DNA from: Tubiluchus corallicola
Taxonomy: Eukaryota; Animalia; Priapulida
Length of the DNA: 30,716 nt
Assembly (NCBI GenBank): GCA_030141605.1
Contig: JAQGDQ010001659.1
Span: forward strand, 1 to 30,716
Direction: 5' to 3'
Below, piece by piece: positions 13,094 through 25,746 of the stretch (positions within the stretch are counted from its first letter, which is position 1; every line of letters starts with the position of its first letter). The position numbers were made by a program, and so were the translations under genes. Below the pieces are notes generated by a model. The model ran no database searches. It was not told the origin of the DNA and saw only the letters and a list, made by a program, of their open reading frames with translations.

Positions 13094-13200
13094 TGTCACT
13101 CCGCGGTCTACGTGCTGTGTCACTCCGCGGTCTACATGCAGTGTCACTCCGCGGGTCTACATGCACTGTCACTCCACGATCTACGTGCAGTGTCACTACA
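13094..13200 (+). repeat. 24-bp GC-rich tandem repeat, about 4.5 copies
   Basis: Unit TGTCACTCCGCGGTCTAC(A/G)TGCAG. Confidence 0.9.
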
Positions 13201-14874
13201 CAATTTCTTAGATTGCTTATTCTGGTTTGATGACAGTTACATTACCATATTACATGGCTTCCTTGCTGCGATGTACAAGAGGTGAAGCCATCTGCTCTTG
13301 CCCCGAGCTGTGCAGCTTTGCTAATCTCTGCCACTCATGGAATCTGTAATTCTAATCTTCCCTCTTTTGATCAGCTAGAACGGAACGGTCGTCGAAAAGA
13401 AGGGCAAAAACGGCAAAAAACTTTTCAAGCTGAAAAACCTTCCTCGAAGATTTCCACTATCTATTTAATCACTGCTTCTTACTTAATCTGTAACGGAAGT
13501 GGTGCTGACAAGCCACTGGCGTAGCAGTGTCTAGTTTTTTGGTGGATTATTGCTACATTTACCTGTCTGAAGGCAGATCTGTTTTATTTTAGAATTCTGC
13601 CTGCCCAATGTCTACAATAGACGTGACGGGCGTATGATGATGATGATTAAAACATTGCGCCACATGCCGAATAATTTATCAATCTCCAGTGAAGTAGTAC
13701 CGGTACCTAGTTCTAGGTCTTAATGTATTAGACGTTTGCTACTTGCTTGTATGTCTACCAATTTATAACTTTCAACAGTAAATAATAATTCTCAGTTTGG
13801 CATATTTCATTGACAACTCCAGTAAGAAACGAGGGAAGATAAAGTAATGTAAGATTCATCTCACTTCTATTTTATTACCTTGTGTTAATAATACTGCATA
13901 ACGTTCGCGCATTACTTACTCATTTGTGCACGAGCATGCTGCATGGCTGATCTCATGGATGAAACTGTTGGCTAGCTAACTATTTGGCTGGCTAAGCAAA
14001 CTACTAAATGTGCAGAGGTAACAGTCGACTGACTCACAATCAGTTTCGAAAACTCGCAGTAACAAAACAATTTCACTGAAGAAATCGTTTACGAAAGGGA
14101 GTCACGACTTACTAACGTCTACAGTGAACTCGTAAAATCCATTTGTAAAACTTTTGGAAAGTATATCTATGTTTCACTAGTTCAAGTAGTGTGTATTATG
14201 AGACAAAGATGTTCTCAAGAGGTCGTTTTGGTTTTATTGTTGCTCTGGGCTGCTTATTGATTCAGTTCATGGTGCTGAATGAATGTTTGTCTGAAAAATA
14301 TTGAAAAAAATGATAGCGCTAAACGATTTTTATTCTCTTGATGCTGCAAATTTGCAAAGATTTGAATTTCAATTAATTTTGGTCTATCTTTGTAAAGAAA
14401 AGGGTAACTGGACCATTAAACAGTGGCGTCCCATATTGATGCTTTTCAGTTTTGTGCTGCCCAATCACTGGTTTAACCATCATTATCACTGCTATCAACT
14501 GCTATCACCCCACTAATGATCAAAAATGCTCGTCCTTCCCACGTAGTGTGTATACGGAATTGTGACGGAAACCATTATAGAGCTTAGTGATACAACGAGC
14601 AAAGCATGTGTAATATATCTGTAGCGAAGGCTTAATTTAGTAATCAGTCTGTCGGTCAGCGTGAAATCAGGGAAGCCAGGTTATGCAAATGAAATCAACG
14701 ATGACAGATGAAGGGGTTAATTCGTTCAATATTTGCACGAATAGTTGTCCTGCGTTTGACGAAGTTGACAAATTGAACGTGTTTTCGAAGCTCTTAATAA
14801 TTATCTGATGAAGTAATGCAGTTTTAAGTAGCTAAGTAGTTGAGATAATCCTTGTTACTTAACTGTTATGTTTA

Positions 14875-15447
14875 TGTAACGTATATTATCATTGTTGACG
14901 TAATAACATGCATTATCATTGTTGACGTAATAACGTATATTGTCATTGTTGACGTAATAACATACATTATCATTGTTGACGTAATAACATGCATGATCAT
15001 TGTTGACGTAATAACATGCATTATCATTGTTGACGTAATAACATACATTATCATTGTTGACGTAATAACATACATTGTCATTGTTGACGTAATAACATGC
15101 ATTATCATTGTTGACGTAATAACGTATATTGTCATTGTTGACGTAATAACATACATTATCATTGTTGACGTAATAACGTATATTGTCATTGTTGACGTAA
15201 TAACATACATTATCATTGTTGACGTAATAACAAGCATTATCATTGTTGACGTAATAACGTATATTGTCATTGTTAACGTAATAACATGCATTATCATTCT
15301 TGACGTAATAACGTATATTATCATTGTTGACTTAATAACATGCATTATCATTGTTGACGTAATAACATGCATTATCATTCTTGACGTAATAACGTATATT
15401 ATCATTGTTGACGTAATAACATGCATTATCATTGTTGACGTAATAAC
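14875..15447 (+). repeat. 27-bp minisatellite, about 21 copies
   Basis: Unit ATT(A/G)TCATTGTTGACGTAATAAC(ATGC/GTAT/ATAC). Confidence 0.97.
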
Positions 15448-16212
15448 TGACGTCACAAGCCGTGCAATGGGACGTTAGATATTTATAATGTGACAGAATT
15501 GTTATCTTTTTAATACGTGTAACTTTTCAAATTTAAAATAGTATTTTCTCAAAAACATATAGAAATTAGAATATTTATTCACTTTAAAGTTCTGACATTT
15601 TGATGTGCGTGTACTCCGGGTTTATAAATTTAGGGATAACAATGTTCCTGGTTAAATCTGCGTTAGGAAAAGCGTAATCCTGTAAATAATTGTTGTACTA
15701 CAGACATGAATTAAGCTGCAATGTCTTCTCTCTAGCTGTTGTAAGTCGTTTTGAAGTTGAACAAAATCAGGAATCATTGGATTTAGTTTGCTGCGACTGC
15801 TGCACCACAAAAGCTTCGTCGGTTTATTTAATAAAGAACAAAAAACTACGACAAAGAGACTCACAAATTTGTGGTAAATCAGTCGTCACTATCAACAGGA
15901 GATTTGGGAAGAAAGTCTGATTTCTTTTGGGCCTTTACAAAGTCAGTATATTGAATTAGAGACGAGGACTTGTTTTCTAACGGAGATGTAACGTTTGAAT
16001 TGCGCGCTGTTTATTAAAACGTTTATTATCTAATAAACCGTTTCATGGGTCTGAAGTGAATCAACTTCCTGGGAGAAAATTATCACAACAAGAGCATAAA
16101 ATTCTGAAATTCTTGCGCAACAATTAAACTAAACGAGTCACATAGAAAAAATGAAAGGGCAGGATGATTCAGTTCACCTCTGTGAAATTTCTTCAGGTGA
16201 AATAACAAGCAA

Positions 16213-16293
16213 ACATACACACGTGTACACACACGCACGCACGCACGCGTGCGCGCAAACACACACACACACGTACACACACACGTACACACA

Positions 16294-16350
<57 letters not shown>

Positions 16351-16416
16351 ACGCACACACACACGCACACACACACACACGCACACGCACACGCACACGC
16401 ACACACACACGCACCC

Positions 16417-16449
<33 letters not shown>

Positions 16450-16523
16450 CACACACACACACACGCACGTACACACACGCACACACACACACACACGTAC
16501 ACACACACACGCACACGCACACA
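16213..16523 (+). repeat. (CA)n microsatellite with CG/TA interruptions
   Basis: Directly visible. Confidence 0.97.
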
Positions 16524-16539
16524 ATCACTAAACGAATTC

Positions 16540-16950
16540 TTTTGGATTTTATTGTTAGCATCCTTCTGTCTCGGAAGACAATGGAGTGTGCGCCAAGAGA
16601 GTCAGTTATTGATCACATTGATGGAGCTGCAGCGTCGACTGTGGCTAAGCAGTCCGATCCTTGAACGTCTCCAGGGTGCACGCCTGGGCAAGGTGTATGG
16701 AGATACTGAGTTGCCCAGACAACAGGAACCCCCTCCATTCCTCCCTGGTGTAGTCCAAAGGAAAGCGGAGTGATATGTTTGGCACCAGGTTGGCTGGAGG
16801 AGCTGCCGGAATCAGTGAACATGCTGCACTGGTCCGCCTTCGGGGCTCCACTCCTGATTTGGAAGATTTACTCCTCTACACATGGCCGTTGGGTCGCTTG
16901 ACCTCTTCTGCCCTCTAGCCGTTGGCTGCTTTGTGCAGCTCCTCTGCCTA
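16540..16950 (-). mobile_element. Possible degenerate LINE ORF2 C-terminus and 3' UTR
   Basis: GC-richer island. The minus-frame peptide ...FPLDYTREEW...IHLAQACTLETFKDRTA* loosely resembles the FFPRTIREWNxLP...SLExFKxRL end of CR1/L2/Jockey-like RTs. It is followed by AATAAA and the (TG)n tract. Confidence 0.3.
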
Positions 16951-17312
16951 GTGTCGAGATACAATGTTAGATTTTATAATGTTAACAATATCCAGTAACT
17001 AAATAAAGAAAAGCCATGCGAAAAGAAGGCAGTAGCTAATAAACCACATTTCACTAACTATAAAACACAAAAAACACAGCAAACACAAAATGTCGTTAAA
17101 ATTGATACTTTTGATCTTGTAATGTTAACAACATAGGGTCAACAGTTATAAGGTCTAGATTACGGAATAAATAAAGAAATATTTTTAAACAAACCGCAAA
17201 AACGTATAAAAGAAGCACAATAAGCACAAAAATGACAATTTAGCTTAGAGCTCCTTGTACAGAAATTTTAGGCAAACTTGTGGTTCTTTGTGCTGTGGAC
17301 TGTAAAGCAGCG

Positions 17313-18302
17313 TAACGGCTGTATTCTGTGTCATGCTTTTTCTTCGTAAGCATAATTCACGAGTGTGTCAAGATTACATAACGGTTGTATTCTGTTTCAT
17401 GCTTTTTCTTCGTAAGCATAATTCACGAGTGTGTCAAGATTACATAACGGTTGTATTCTGTTTCATGCTTTTTCTTCGTAAGCATAATTCATGAGTGTGT
17501 CAACATTACATAACGGTTGTATTCTGTTTCATGCTATTTCTTCGTAAGCATATTTCATGAGTGTGTCAACATTGCATAACGGTTGTATTCTGTTTCATGC
17601 TTTTTCTTCGTAAGCATAATTCATGAGTGTGTCAACATTACATAACGGCTGTATTCTGTTTCATGCTTTTTCTTCGTAAGCATAATTCATGAGTGTGTCA
17701 ACATTACATAACGGTTGTATTCTGTTTCATGCTTTGTCTTCGTAAGCATATTTCACGAGTGTGTCAACATTACATAACGGCTGTATTCTGTTTCATGCTT
17801 TTTCTTCGTAAGCATAATTCACGAGTGTGTCAACATTGCATAACGGTTGTATTCTGTTTCATGCTTTTTCTTCGTAAGCATAATTCATGAGCGTGTCAAA
17901 ATTACATAATGGTTGCATTCTCTTTCATGCTTTGTCTTCGTAAGCATAATTCACGAGTGTGTCAACATTGCATAACGGTTGTATTCTGTTTCATGCTTTT
18001 TCTTCGTAAGCATAATTCATGAGCGTGTCAAAATTACATAATGGTTGCATTCTCTTTCATGCTTTGTCTTCGTAAGCATAATTCACGAGTGTGTCAACAT
18101 TGCATAACGGTTGTATTCTGTTTCATGCTTTTTCTTCGTAAGCATAATTCATGAGCGTGTCAAAATTACATAATGGTTGCATTCTCTTTCATGCTTTGTC
18201 TTCGTAAGCATAATTCATGAGTATGTCAACATTACATAACGGTTGTATTCTGTTTCATGCTTTGTCTTCGTAAGCATAATTCATGAGTGTGTCAAGATTA
18301 CA
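17313..18302 (+). repeat. 66-bp minisatellite, about 15 copies, with a 132-bp dimer in the distal part
   Basis: Unit TAACGGTTGTATTCTGTTTCATGCTTTTTCTTCGTAAGCATAATTCA(C/T)GAGTGTGTCAA(C/G)ATTACA; period 66 (17313, 17379). Confidence 0.97.
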
Positions 18303-18974
18303 CAATATTCTCCAAAAATAGTTTCAGTTATCTTTTGCTGTTCTTTGCACTTAATCTACTGATGTTTTGGTACAATGCAGGCTTTTCCAACAATAATTAC
18401 AGTCGCATAATATCCATTATTGGAGCAGAAAGCCCACGTAGTTCCTAAAATACCAGTAATCTCCCAAACATTAGATATCAGGCTCTCTGAAGCACGCTTG
18501 GCATAGTCTGGCTTCACAAAGCAGCCATAGTCGGTGTCCACTTCACTACGTAATGAATATTTGTACTTTCACTCAATTGTCCTGTCCATCGACTAATTCT
18601 ACCTCTAGCCATCTAGCTGGCAAACAAGATTGAAAACCCGCGTTGAGAAAGCCAGAACCTTATTGAAGACGCGCTAGAATAGGCGCTGAGATGACTGATC
18701 GTTTGTGTATTGAAGAAATGTTCTGCGAATCCGCCTTATTTTATAAATTCTGATAAATAAATAATTGTTTCTAAATAAGGTGGTTAAAACATTTTTATAT
18801 TTTAGATTTATTTAGATATTTATTTATTAGTGCTTATAATTATTAGTTATATATAAGTATTTGATATTCGTGCTCTAATTAATGAATAATCCTCATTTTT
18901 CTTCTCACGCCACGTTGTGCGAAATTAATGTTAAATTTTGTTCCACGTTCATTGTGCCATTACTATATTAAGAT

Positions 18975-19172
18975 GCGTGTTGTTTTTGTGTGCACAAGTT
19001 TTTTGTATTGTGTATTGTGGTGTATTGTGTTGTGTTGTGCTGTGCTGTGCAGAATGGTGTTGTGCGATGTTGTGCGAGTTGTGTTGTGTGTTGCTTCGCG
19101 TTATGTTGCGCTGTGGTGCGCATTGGTTTGTGTTGCGTGGTGTTGTGTTGTTTTGTGTTCTGTTGTGTGGTG
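18975..19172 (+). repeat. Degenerate (TGTGT/TGTGC)n pentamer repeat
   Basis: Low-complexity TG-rich tract with 5-bp period. Confidence 0.85.
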
Positions 19173-19342
19173 CGGAAACCATATTTGATAAAACAATTGC
19201 CTCAATGTTTGATAGTTAGAAAAGTTCCAGTACTGCCACTACTGTCTACATCAACAAAAGAAGTACGTAATGCTGCGGAGTGTGCCATACTTGTTCGCAG
19301 TGTGTCGAACTGAATAAAAAAAATTTAAAACTCCGTCGCTTT

Positions 19343-19481
19343 GTAAGTGGTAAAGAACCAATAGGTTCTTGGCGAAGCTGTATGCCAGTCAGTGGTAAAG
19401 AACCAACAGGTTCTTGGCAATGCTGTGTGACAGTCAGTGGTAAAATACCAACAGGCTCTTGGCGAAGCTGTGTGACAGTCA
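19343..19481 (+). repeat. 45-bp tandem repeat x3 with internal hairpin AAGAACC-N4-GGTTCTT
   Basis: Copies at 19343, 19388 and 19433. Confidence 0.92.
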
Positions 19482-19927
19482 CTCTGTCTTTCTCCGTCTT
19501 GTGTACTGAGCCGTGTGTAAACATGTCCAGACTCGCGTACAATAATGGACAAGAGTGTGGACTCGACCAATGGAGTGTTTATCAAATTGCGAGTTGAATC
19601 AGCTGAACTTGATTCATTGGCACATCGATGTTCAATTGTACTTAACGTTAACGCTCTGCGCGAGATTTGTCGAGATTGTTCGATGAGGCTTTATCAATTT
19701 CTACGTAACGCATTAGTGGATTATAACTCTGAATTCTTTTAGGTAGAACTAAAGGCATTTGAGAGAGTTCAAATTATTAGATATCCCTACTTTCCAGTAT
19801 AGTGAATCAGTGATATAAGATACTACAATTCCTCTTACGTAGTAAAAAAGCTAAGATAAAGAATAACAGGATTATTGGAAGTTTATAATTAGACCGTTAT
19901 TGTATTATGCAGCGCGATATGTCTGTT

Positions 19928-19929
<2 letters not shown>

Positions 19930-20026
<97 letters not shown>

Positions 20027-20044
20027 TGTGTGGGGGGGGGGGGT
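19930..20044 (+). repeat. (TG)n microsatellite followed by a poly-G run
   Basis: Directly visible. Confidence 0.97.
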
Positions 20045-20119
20045 GTAACATCGAACACGATTCATTCCCATTTTTGTATTGCGCTTTGCTGTTGTAGTGT
20101 TGTGCGACACGCACATTAC

Positions 20120-20336
20120 AAGTGCATTGCGTCGCAATAAGACAAAACAAAAGTTTAACGCAAAATACGCACAGTATAAGTGCATTGCGTCGCAATAAGA
20201 CAAAACAAAGTTTAACGCAAAATACACACAATATAAGTGCATTGCGTCGCAATAAGACAAAACAAAGTTTAACGCAAAATACGCACAGTATAAGTGCGTT
20301 GCGTCGCAATAAGACAAAACAAAGTTAACGCAAAAT
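20120..20336 (+). repeat. 57-bp tandem repeat, about 4 copies, with palindrome ATTGCG-T-CGCAAT
   Basis: Unit AAGTGCATTGCGTCGCAATAAGACAAAACAAAGTTTAACGCAAAATACGCACAGTAT. Confidence 0.93.
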
Positions 20337-20721
20337 AACAGCTGTCTGTCAAAACAAAACAAAAGCTTTCGCAAGAGAAGACAACACAACTAAAACACGT
20401 CGTAACGTGGCGCAATATAAAAAACGCTACAGTGCAATACAAGACAACACAAAAAACAGAAAACAGGCCAAAATCATTTTAAGTATGCAAGATACGTTAT
20501 ACATAATATGTAGCACAAAAATAATCATACCACACATTTTAAAATGTACGATACATGACGGCTAGATATTTTCATAAGCATTTGATTGTTATTTACAAAT
20601 TCTGTTCGTTTTAATTACATAATTAGTAAATAAATTGACAGAATTGATATTTACAGCATCTATTATGACACCATTTTGTCTGTTGGCTTTCCCAGACAAG
20701 ATTAGAAATTTTGAAAGATTG

Positions 20722-21043
<322 letters not shown>

Positions 21044-21197
21044 TTATTTCACTCCAGCAATACATATGTAATACATCAACATATAATAATATAAAAAAAG
21101 AAACAGTATAGGTAAACAAACGTTCATGAAGTCAAATTAACCAAATAAAAGAGTTACTGTAGACACCTTGAAAGCTTGGCTTGTTAGGGTGGCACAA

Positions 21198-21470
21198 ATG
21201 AGTGAATGAAAGAATGGATAGGGTTAGTAGACATGATGGAATGGAAAAAAATAGTAAGATTAGGGATAGGAAGAAGGAAGAGAGGGGAGGATGAGTGAAT
21301 GAAAGAATGGTTAGGGTTAGTAGACATGATGGAATTGAAAAAATAGTAAGATTAGGGATAGGAAGAAGGAAGGGAGGGAAGGATGAGTGAATGAAAGAAT
21401 GGTTAGGGTTAGTAGACATGATGGAATTGAAAAAATAGTAAGATTAGGGATAGGAAGGAGGAAAAGAGGA
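21198..21470 (+). repeat. 92-93-bp purine-rich tandem repeat x3
   Basis: ATGAGTGAATGAAAGAATGG... at 21198, 21291 and 21383. Confidence 0.93.
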
Positions 21471-21640
21471 GAAGAAACGACCACAGTGTATGTTTAATTT
21501 ACATAGAGGTATATTAAAATAGCATTATAATTGATTGGAGGCCATATATTGCAACTGCATGAGACATGGAACCATTAAAATTGTATTATAAGTATGAATC
21601 AAAAATGGTCTTTTCAAGTACTTTTTGAAACTATAAATAG

Positions 21641-21900
21641 GTTTGTGTATTTTGTGTGTATTTTCGTGTACATTCATGTGTGTATTTTTGTATATTTTCG
21701 TCTATTTTCTGTGTATTTTCGTGTACATTCGTGTGTGTATTTTTGTCTATTTTCTGTGTATTTTCGTGTACATTCATGTGTGTATTTTTGTATATTTTCG
21801 TCTATTTTCTGTGTATTTTCGTGTACATTCGTGTGTGTATTTTTGTGTATTTTTGTATATTTTCGTGTACATTCGTGTGTGTATTTTTGTGTATTTTCGT
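21641..21900 (+). repeat. Low-complexity TG/T-rich repeat of 10-12-bp subunits (GTGTATTTTT / CGTGTACATT)
   Basis: Recurring TTTTCGTGTACATTC(A/G)TGTGTGTATTTTTG blocks. Confidence 0.88.
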
Positions 21901-21999
21901 TTACCGTAGCTTCATAACCCTTATTAGCCATAATCACCCCAGGCTACATGTTAACTATTAATCATAAATCCACCAGCAACACGCGCAGCTCTAACCTGC

Positions 22000-22284
22000 G
22001 TCGATCTCATATGATGTCCGGCCGGTTGTACGGATTCCCCGACGCCGAACAAAAGTCGTCAATGTATGCGGAGCGCCCGCCGCTAAGCTACTTTGGACAA
22101 AGTGCAAATTTCTGTCCGCTTCTGCATATTGTATAAGCAACGCAGAGTAGAAATCTCGCCAGCTGGTAATGGATATTTCAACAATGTAACAATTTTCGCG
22201 ATGCCGGATTCTCGGTTTATGATCGCCGATAGTCGTAAATGAGCCGAAACCGTCGGAAAATCATCGCATATGAAACGGAACTAG
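22000..22284. mobile_element. Possible decayed palindromic MITE (CpG-rich island)
   Basis: Degenerate inverted ends: TCTCATATG...GATTCCCCGACG on the left against CGTCGGAAAATC...CATATGAAA on the right; CpG-rich relative to flanks. Confidence 0.3.
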
Positions 22285-22494
22285 GCGCCTGTGATAAGTG
22301 CAAATCTTGTTTTTGTTGAGAAAACTCGTAACGAAACTATCAGCTTTTGAAAGTTTAATTCCGTGCCAAATATGTGATGGTTACTTAATGTTTACGAAAC
22401 AACAAAGGTGGCAAAAGTGATTTGGTAAAATTAACAGAGAAATGCGTTGATTGTGCTCTGACCTGCAAACGTTATTGTGAAAAAGTAACAAAGT

Positions 22495-22777
22495 ATTAAA
22501 CGTTACTCTTAAACGTTACTATTAGACGTTACTATTAAACGTTACTATTAAACGTTACTATTAAACGTTACTATTAGACGTTACTATTAAACGTTACTAT
22601 TAAACGTTACTATTGAACGTTACTATTAGACGTTACTATTAAACGTTACTATTAAACGTTACTATTAGACGTTACTATTAAACGTTACCATTAAACGTTA
22701 CTATTAGACGTTACTATTAAACGTTACTATTAAACGTTACTATTAGACGTTACTATTAAACGTTACTATTAAACGTA
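22495..22777 (+). repeat. 13-bp tandem repeat (ATTA(A/G)ACGTTACT), about 21 copies
   Basis: Directly visible. Confidence 0.97.
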
Positions 22778-23091
22778 ACCACTGAGCTCACGCACGAGTA
22801 CAACTTTTACTTACATTTTGCGTTTTTGCTTCAAAAAAACTTTGAAATATCGTAAACTAAATGGAATAAAAGTGGCAAAAGGTTCAATCTTTTCAACTTT
22901 CTCACGATGTTTGCGCATAAGTTATTAGCAGAGCCTTTCTAAGTAAAAATTCAGTCTTTTAAACAAAGACTTTCTGTTCTGTTTGCTGACGTATGATATT
23001 CGTGAGTCTGTGTTGTCTTGAAAACCGAAATTAGTGAATTCAAAAGTTTAATTTTCGCAAAAAGATTTTCACCTAAAAGATTTTTAAAGTG

Positions 23092-23144
23092 ATGCCTCGA
23101 CTAGTTTCATCTTTTGGATTTGCTCTGCTCACGCTATGCTTCAG
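23092..23144 (+). CDS. Candidate first coding exon (signal-peptide-like) of an unidentified gene
   Basis: ATG 23092 gives MPRLVSSFGFALLTLCF, ending at a perfect consensus donor CAG|GTAAGT (23145). No confidently matching downstream exon. Confidence 0.3.
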
Positions 23145-23640
23145 GTAAGTATAATACATCTTAGCTAAGAAGACGTGTTTAATTATGTTCATGAATGAAA
23201 TGAATCATATTTTCTATATGTAATTTAACGCAGTACGGATGACGGGGGGGGGGGGGAGAAATGAGAATTTATCAACAAAACTCTGCGATTATTTTAGCTT
23301 TTTTTTCACCAAGGAATTTACATACAAACTGTGATCTTCGCTTCACTGAAACACGCGATGTTGACTAGAATATGCGTTACTGATTTATAATTATGTCGAA
23401 TTTTGCAGCAGTTTTGACTTTTAAGGTTATTTAAACCAAAATGCTGCTGCCTTGAATTAGTAGAAACGCCATTTGTAAGCATTAGCAGTTTCCATTTCAA
23501 TATTTTATTGATCTTAGTGCTTTACACACGCTGAATAATAATATTTTTTAAAATAATTTTAACGGTGTATTTTTTCGTACCTTTCTTCTTTCTCTTTTAG
23601 CCTTTGCTTCTCGCTTCTTTTTTGCTTTAATTATCACTAC

Positions 23641-23958
23641 CGTCATCATCATCATCATCATCATCATCATCGTCATCATCATCATCATCATCGTCATCAT
23701 CACAGTCATCGTCGTCGTCGTCGTCGTTGTCGATTTCATCAGAATCATCACCAGTACCATCGTCAAAATCACTCAAAATCATCATCATCGTCATTATCAT
23801 CGTCTTCGTCATCATCATCATCATCAACATCACATCTCATTATCAACACCATCATCACAGTCATCGTCGTCGTCGTCGTGGTTGTCGATTTCATCAGAAT
23901 CATCACCAGTACAATCGTTAAAATCACTCAAAATCATCATCATCGTCATCATCATCAT

Positions 23959-23989
<31 letters not shown>

Positions 23990-24076
23990 ATCATCATCAT
24001 CATCATCATCAACATCATCATCATCATCATCATCATCAACATCACATCATCATTATCAACAACATCATCACAGTCA

Positions 24077-24112
<36 letters not shown>

Positions 24113-24125
24113 TCATCATTATGAT
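23641..24125 (+). repeat. Compound (CAT)n/(CGT)n trinucleotide region with an internal block duplication
   Basis: Block CACAGTCATCGTCGTC...GTTGTCGATTTCATCAGAATCATCACCAGTAC...AAAATCACTCAAAATC occurs twice, plus a partial third copy. Confidence 0.93.
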
Positions 24126-25746
24126 CACTGTCATTACTGTGTCATCATGTTATTATTATCACAGTTGTCTTCAATTTCCACCGTAATAAACGTCGTCATT
24201 ATCATTATTTTCATGAGGTTGTTTTTCTGTAATGTAATGTAGATTAGCACTCATTAACCCTATGATTGCATTTAGGAGCAAATAACTCCAGAAGTTTAAC
24301 TGATTACAAATAACATATTTACCTAAAAAACGGATTCTGTGACAACAATAAATTGCATTTTAATGGATGCCAATAAATCCAGGCAGCTGGACAGAAAAAA
24401 CTCAAAAAACGAGTTACCCGGTGCTTCGCATTCCGAACTACTTAGCTAGACTTTTGCTATTGTTTTCATAAAGTTCCTTAAATTTATTTTAACATTTCTT
24501 TCGGTTCTGATTAATAAATTTGCAACATTTCAACTTTGGGCGAAGATTTTTAGAGTTTTTACCTTCCGTTTTTGTGTTTTATCTAAACTTCTTTTAATTG
24601 CTTAGCTCCTGTTTTCATTTTCTTTTTGCACATTTCCTCGTTTCTTTTCCTTCAATGTTGTTGTTTTTCTCTCTTGCTCATTCAGTTGTACCATAATAAC
24701 ATCACTAAATACACAACATCAAGCATAGGTTGGTCATTATGCTAACGTTTTTAGCATAATTTGGTCAGGATGGTCAATAACGTAAATTGGCTAATTTTAT
24801 TTGTGAAAGATATAATAGAGATACAAGCTATCAAACTGTTATATATAATTGTTATTCAGCTAGTTGTAACACAAAAGAAGGAATTCTCAGAGGTATTTTG
24901 AGCCATAAATAATCATTAAAACATTTCACAAGGACCTGTTCAAGTTACATTTAACAAAGATCAATGAATTTTAAAAAATTGCGCATGCGCGTTTCGGTTT
25001 GAGTGTGACGTAATATACAGTTATTAATTGTAGGAAAATTCTAGAAAAATACAAACACCCACAGTATATATATATAGTATGTATATAATGTACAGTATAT
25101 ATATATATATAGTATATAATATTATAACGATAGTGTAGGGAAGAAAGCACATCATAATTTTTTCCCAATTGTCTGTTATGGCAAAGTTTCGAAATGTTGC
25201 AACTTTGGAATAAAAATGATTGTAATCACGCTTGTTATTACCGCTTTCATTTTTAAGTTAAAGGAAGATCGGACGATTGTTTAGACTCAATCTCATTTTA
25301 ATTTATTGTCCAAAATATTCATTTTCTTGCCTATAAACGTTAACAGTTTTAGCCATAAATTTTAGCGCTGAGCGTCTATTAACACCTTCAGTCAACTGTG
25401 CAAAGAGGGCGGTCTACTCTGGACCGTATGGCTTGTTAAGAATTCCGATTAATTTTCAACACGTGTAGTGGCTAGGCACATTACTCATATAGGAAAACTC
25501 AAACAAATATAGCCTAGTAACAGAAAGTGGGTCATATCATATTCTCTTCACACTTACGAAGCCATGCAGCGATAGTAGATTTTGCAAGCCCCGCTAAGGT
25601 TTTTGGTTCTTATGAGAATAAACATTTTATAGGGGTGTGATTGGACCTGTTGTTAAACTCATATTTGTTTTTCTAGCAGGGAGTCCATTTCTGTCAATTG
25701 AATCTGCTAAGCGCTACTTAGCCTATTTAGATACGTTCAATTATAT

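Noticed and set aside
12954-13524. Short non-repetitive ORFs
   Set aside because: No recognisable motifs or convincing splice-site pairs.
14852-15478. Hydrophobic 9-aa repeat membrane protein
   Set aside because: Open on both strands simply because the 27-bp unit lacks stops in those frames.
21181-21450. TTAGGG motifs as interstitial telomere
   Set aside because: Isolated hexamers within a 93-bp repeat, not tandem telomeric arrays.
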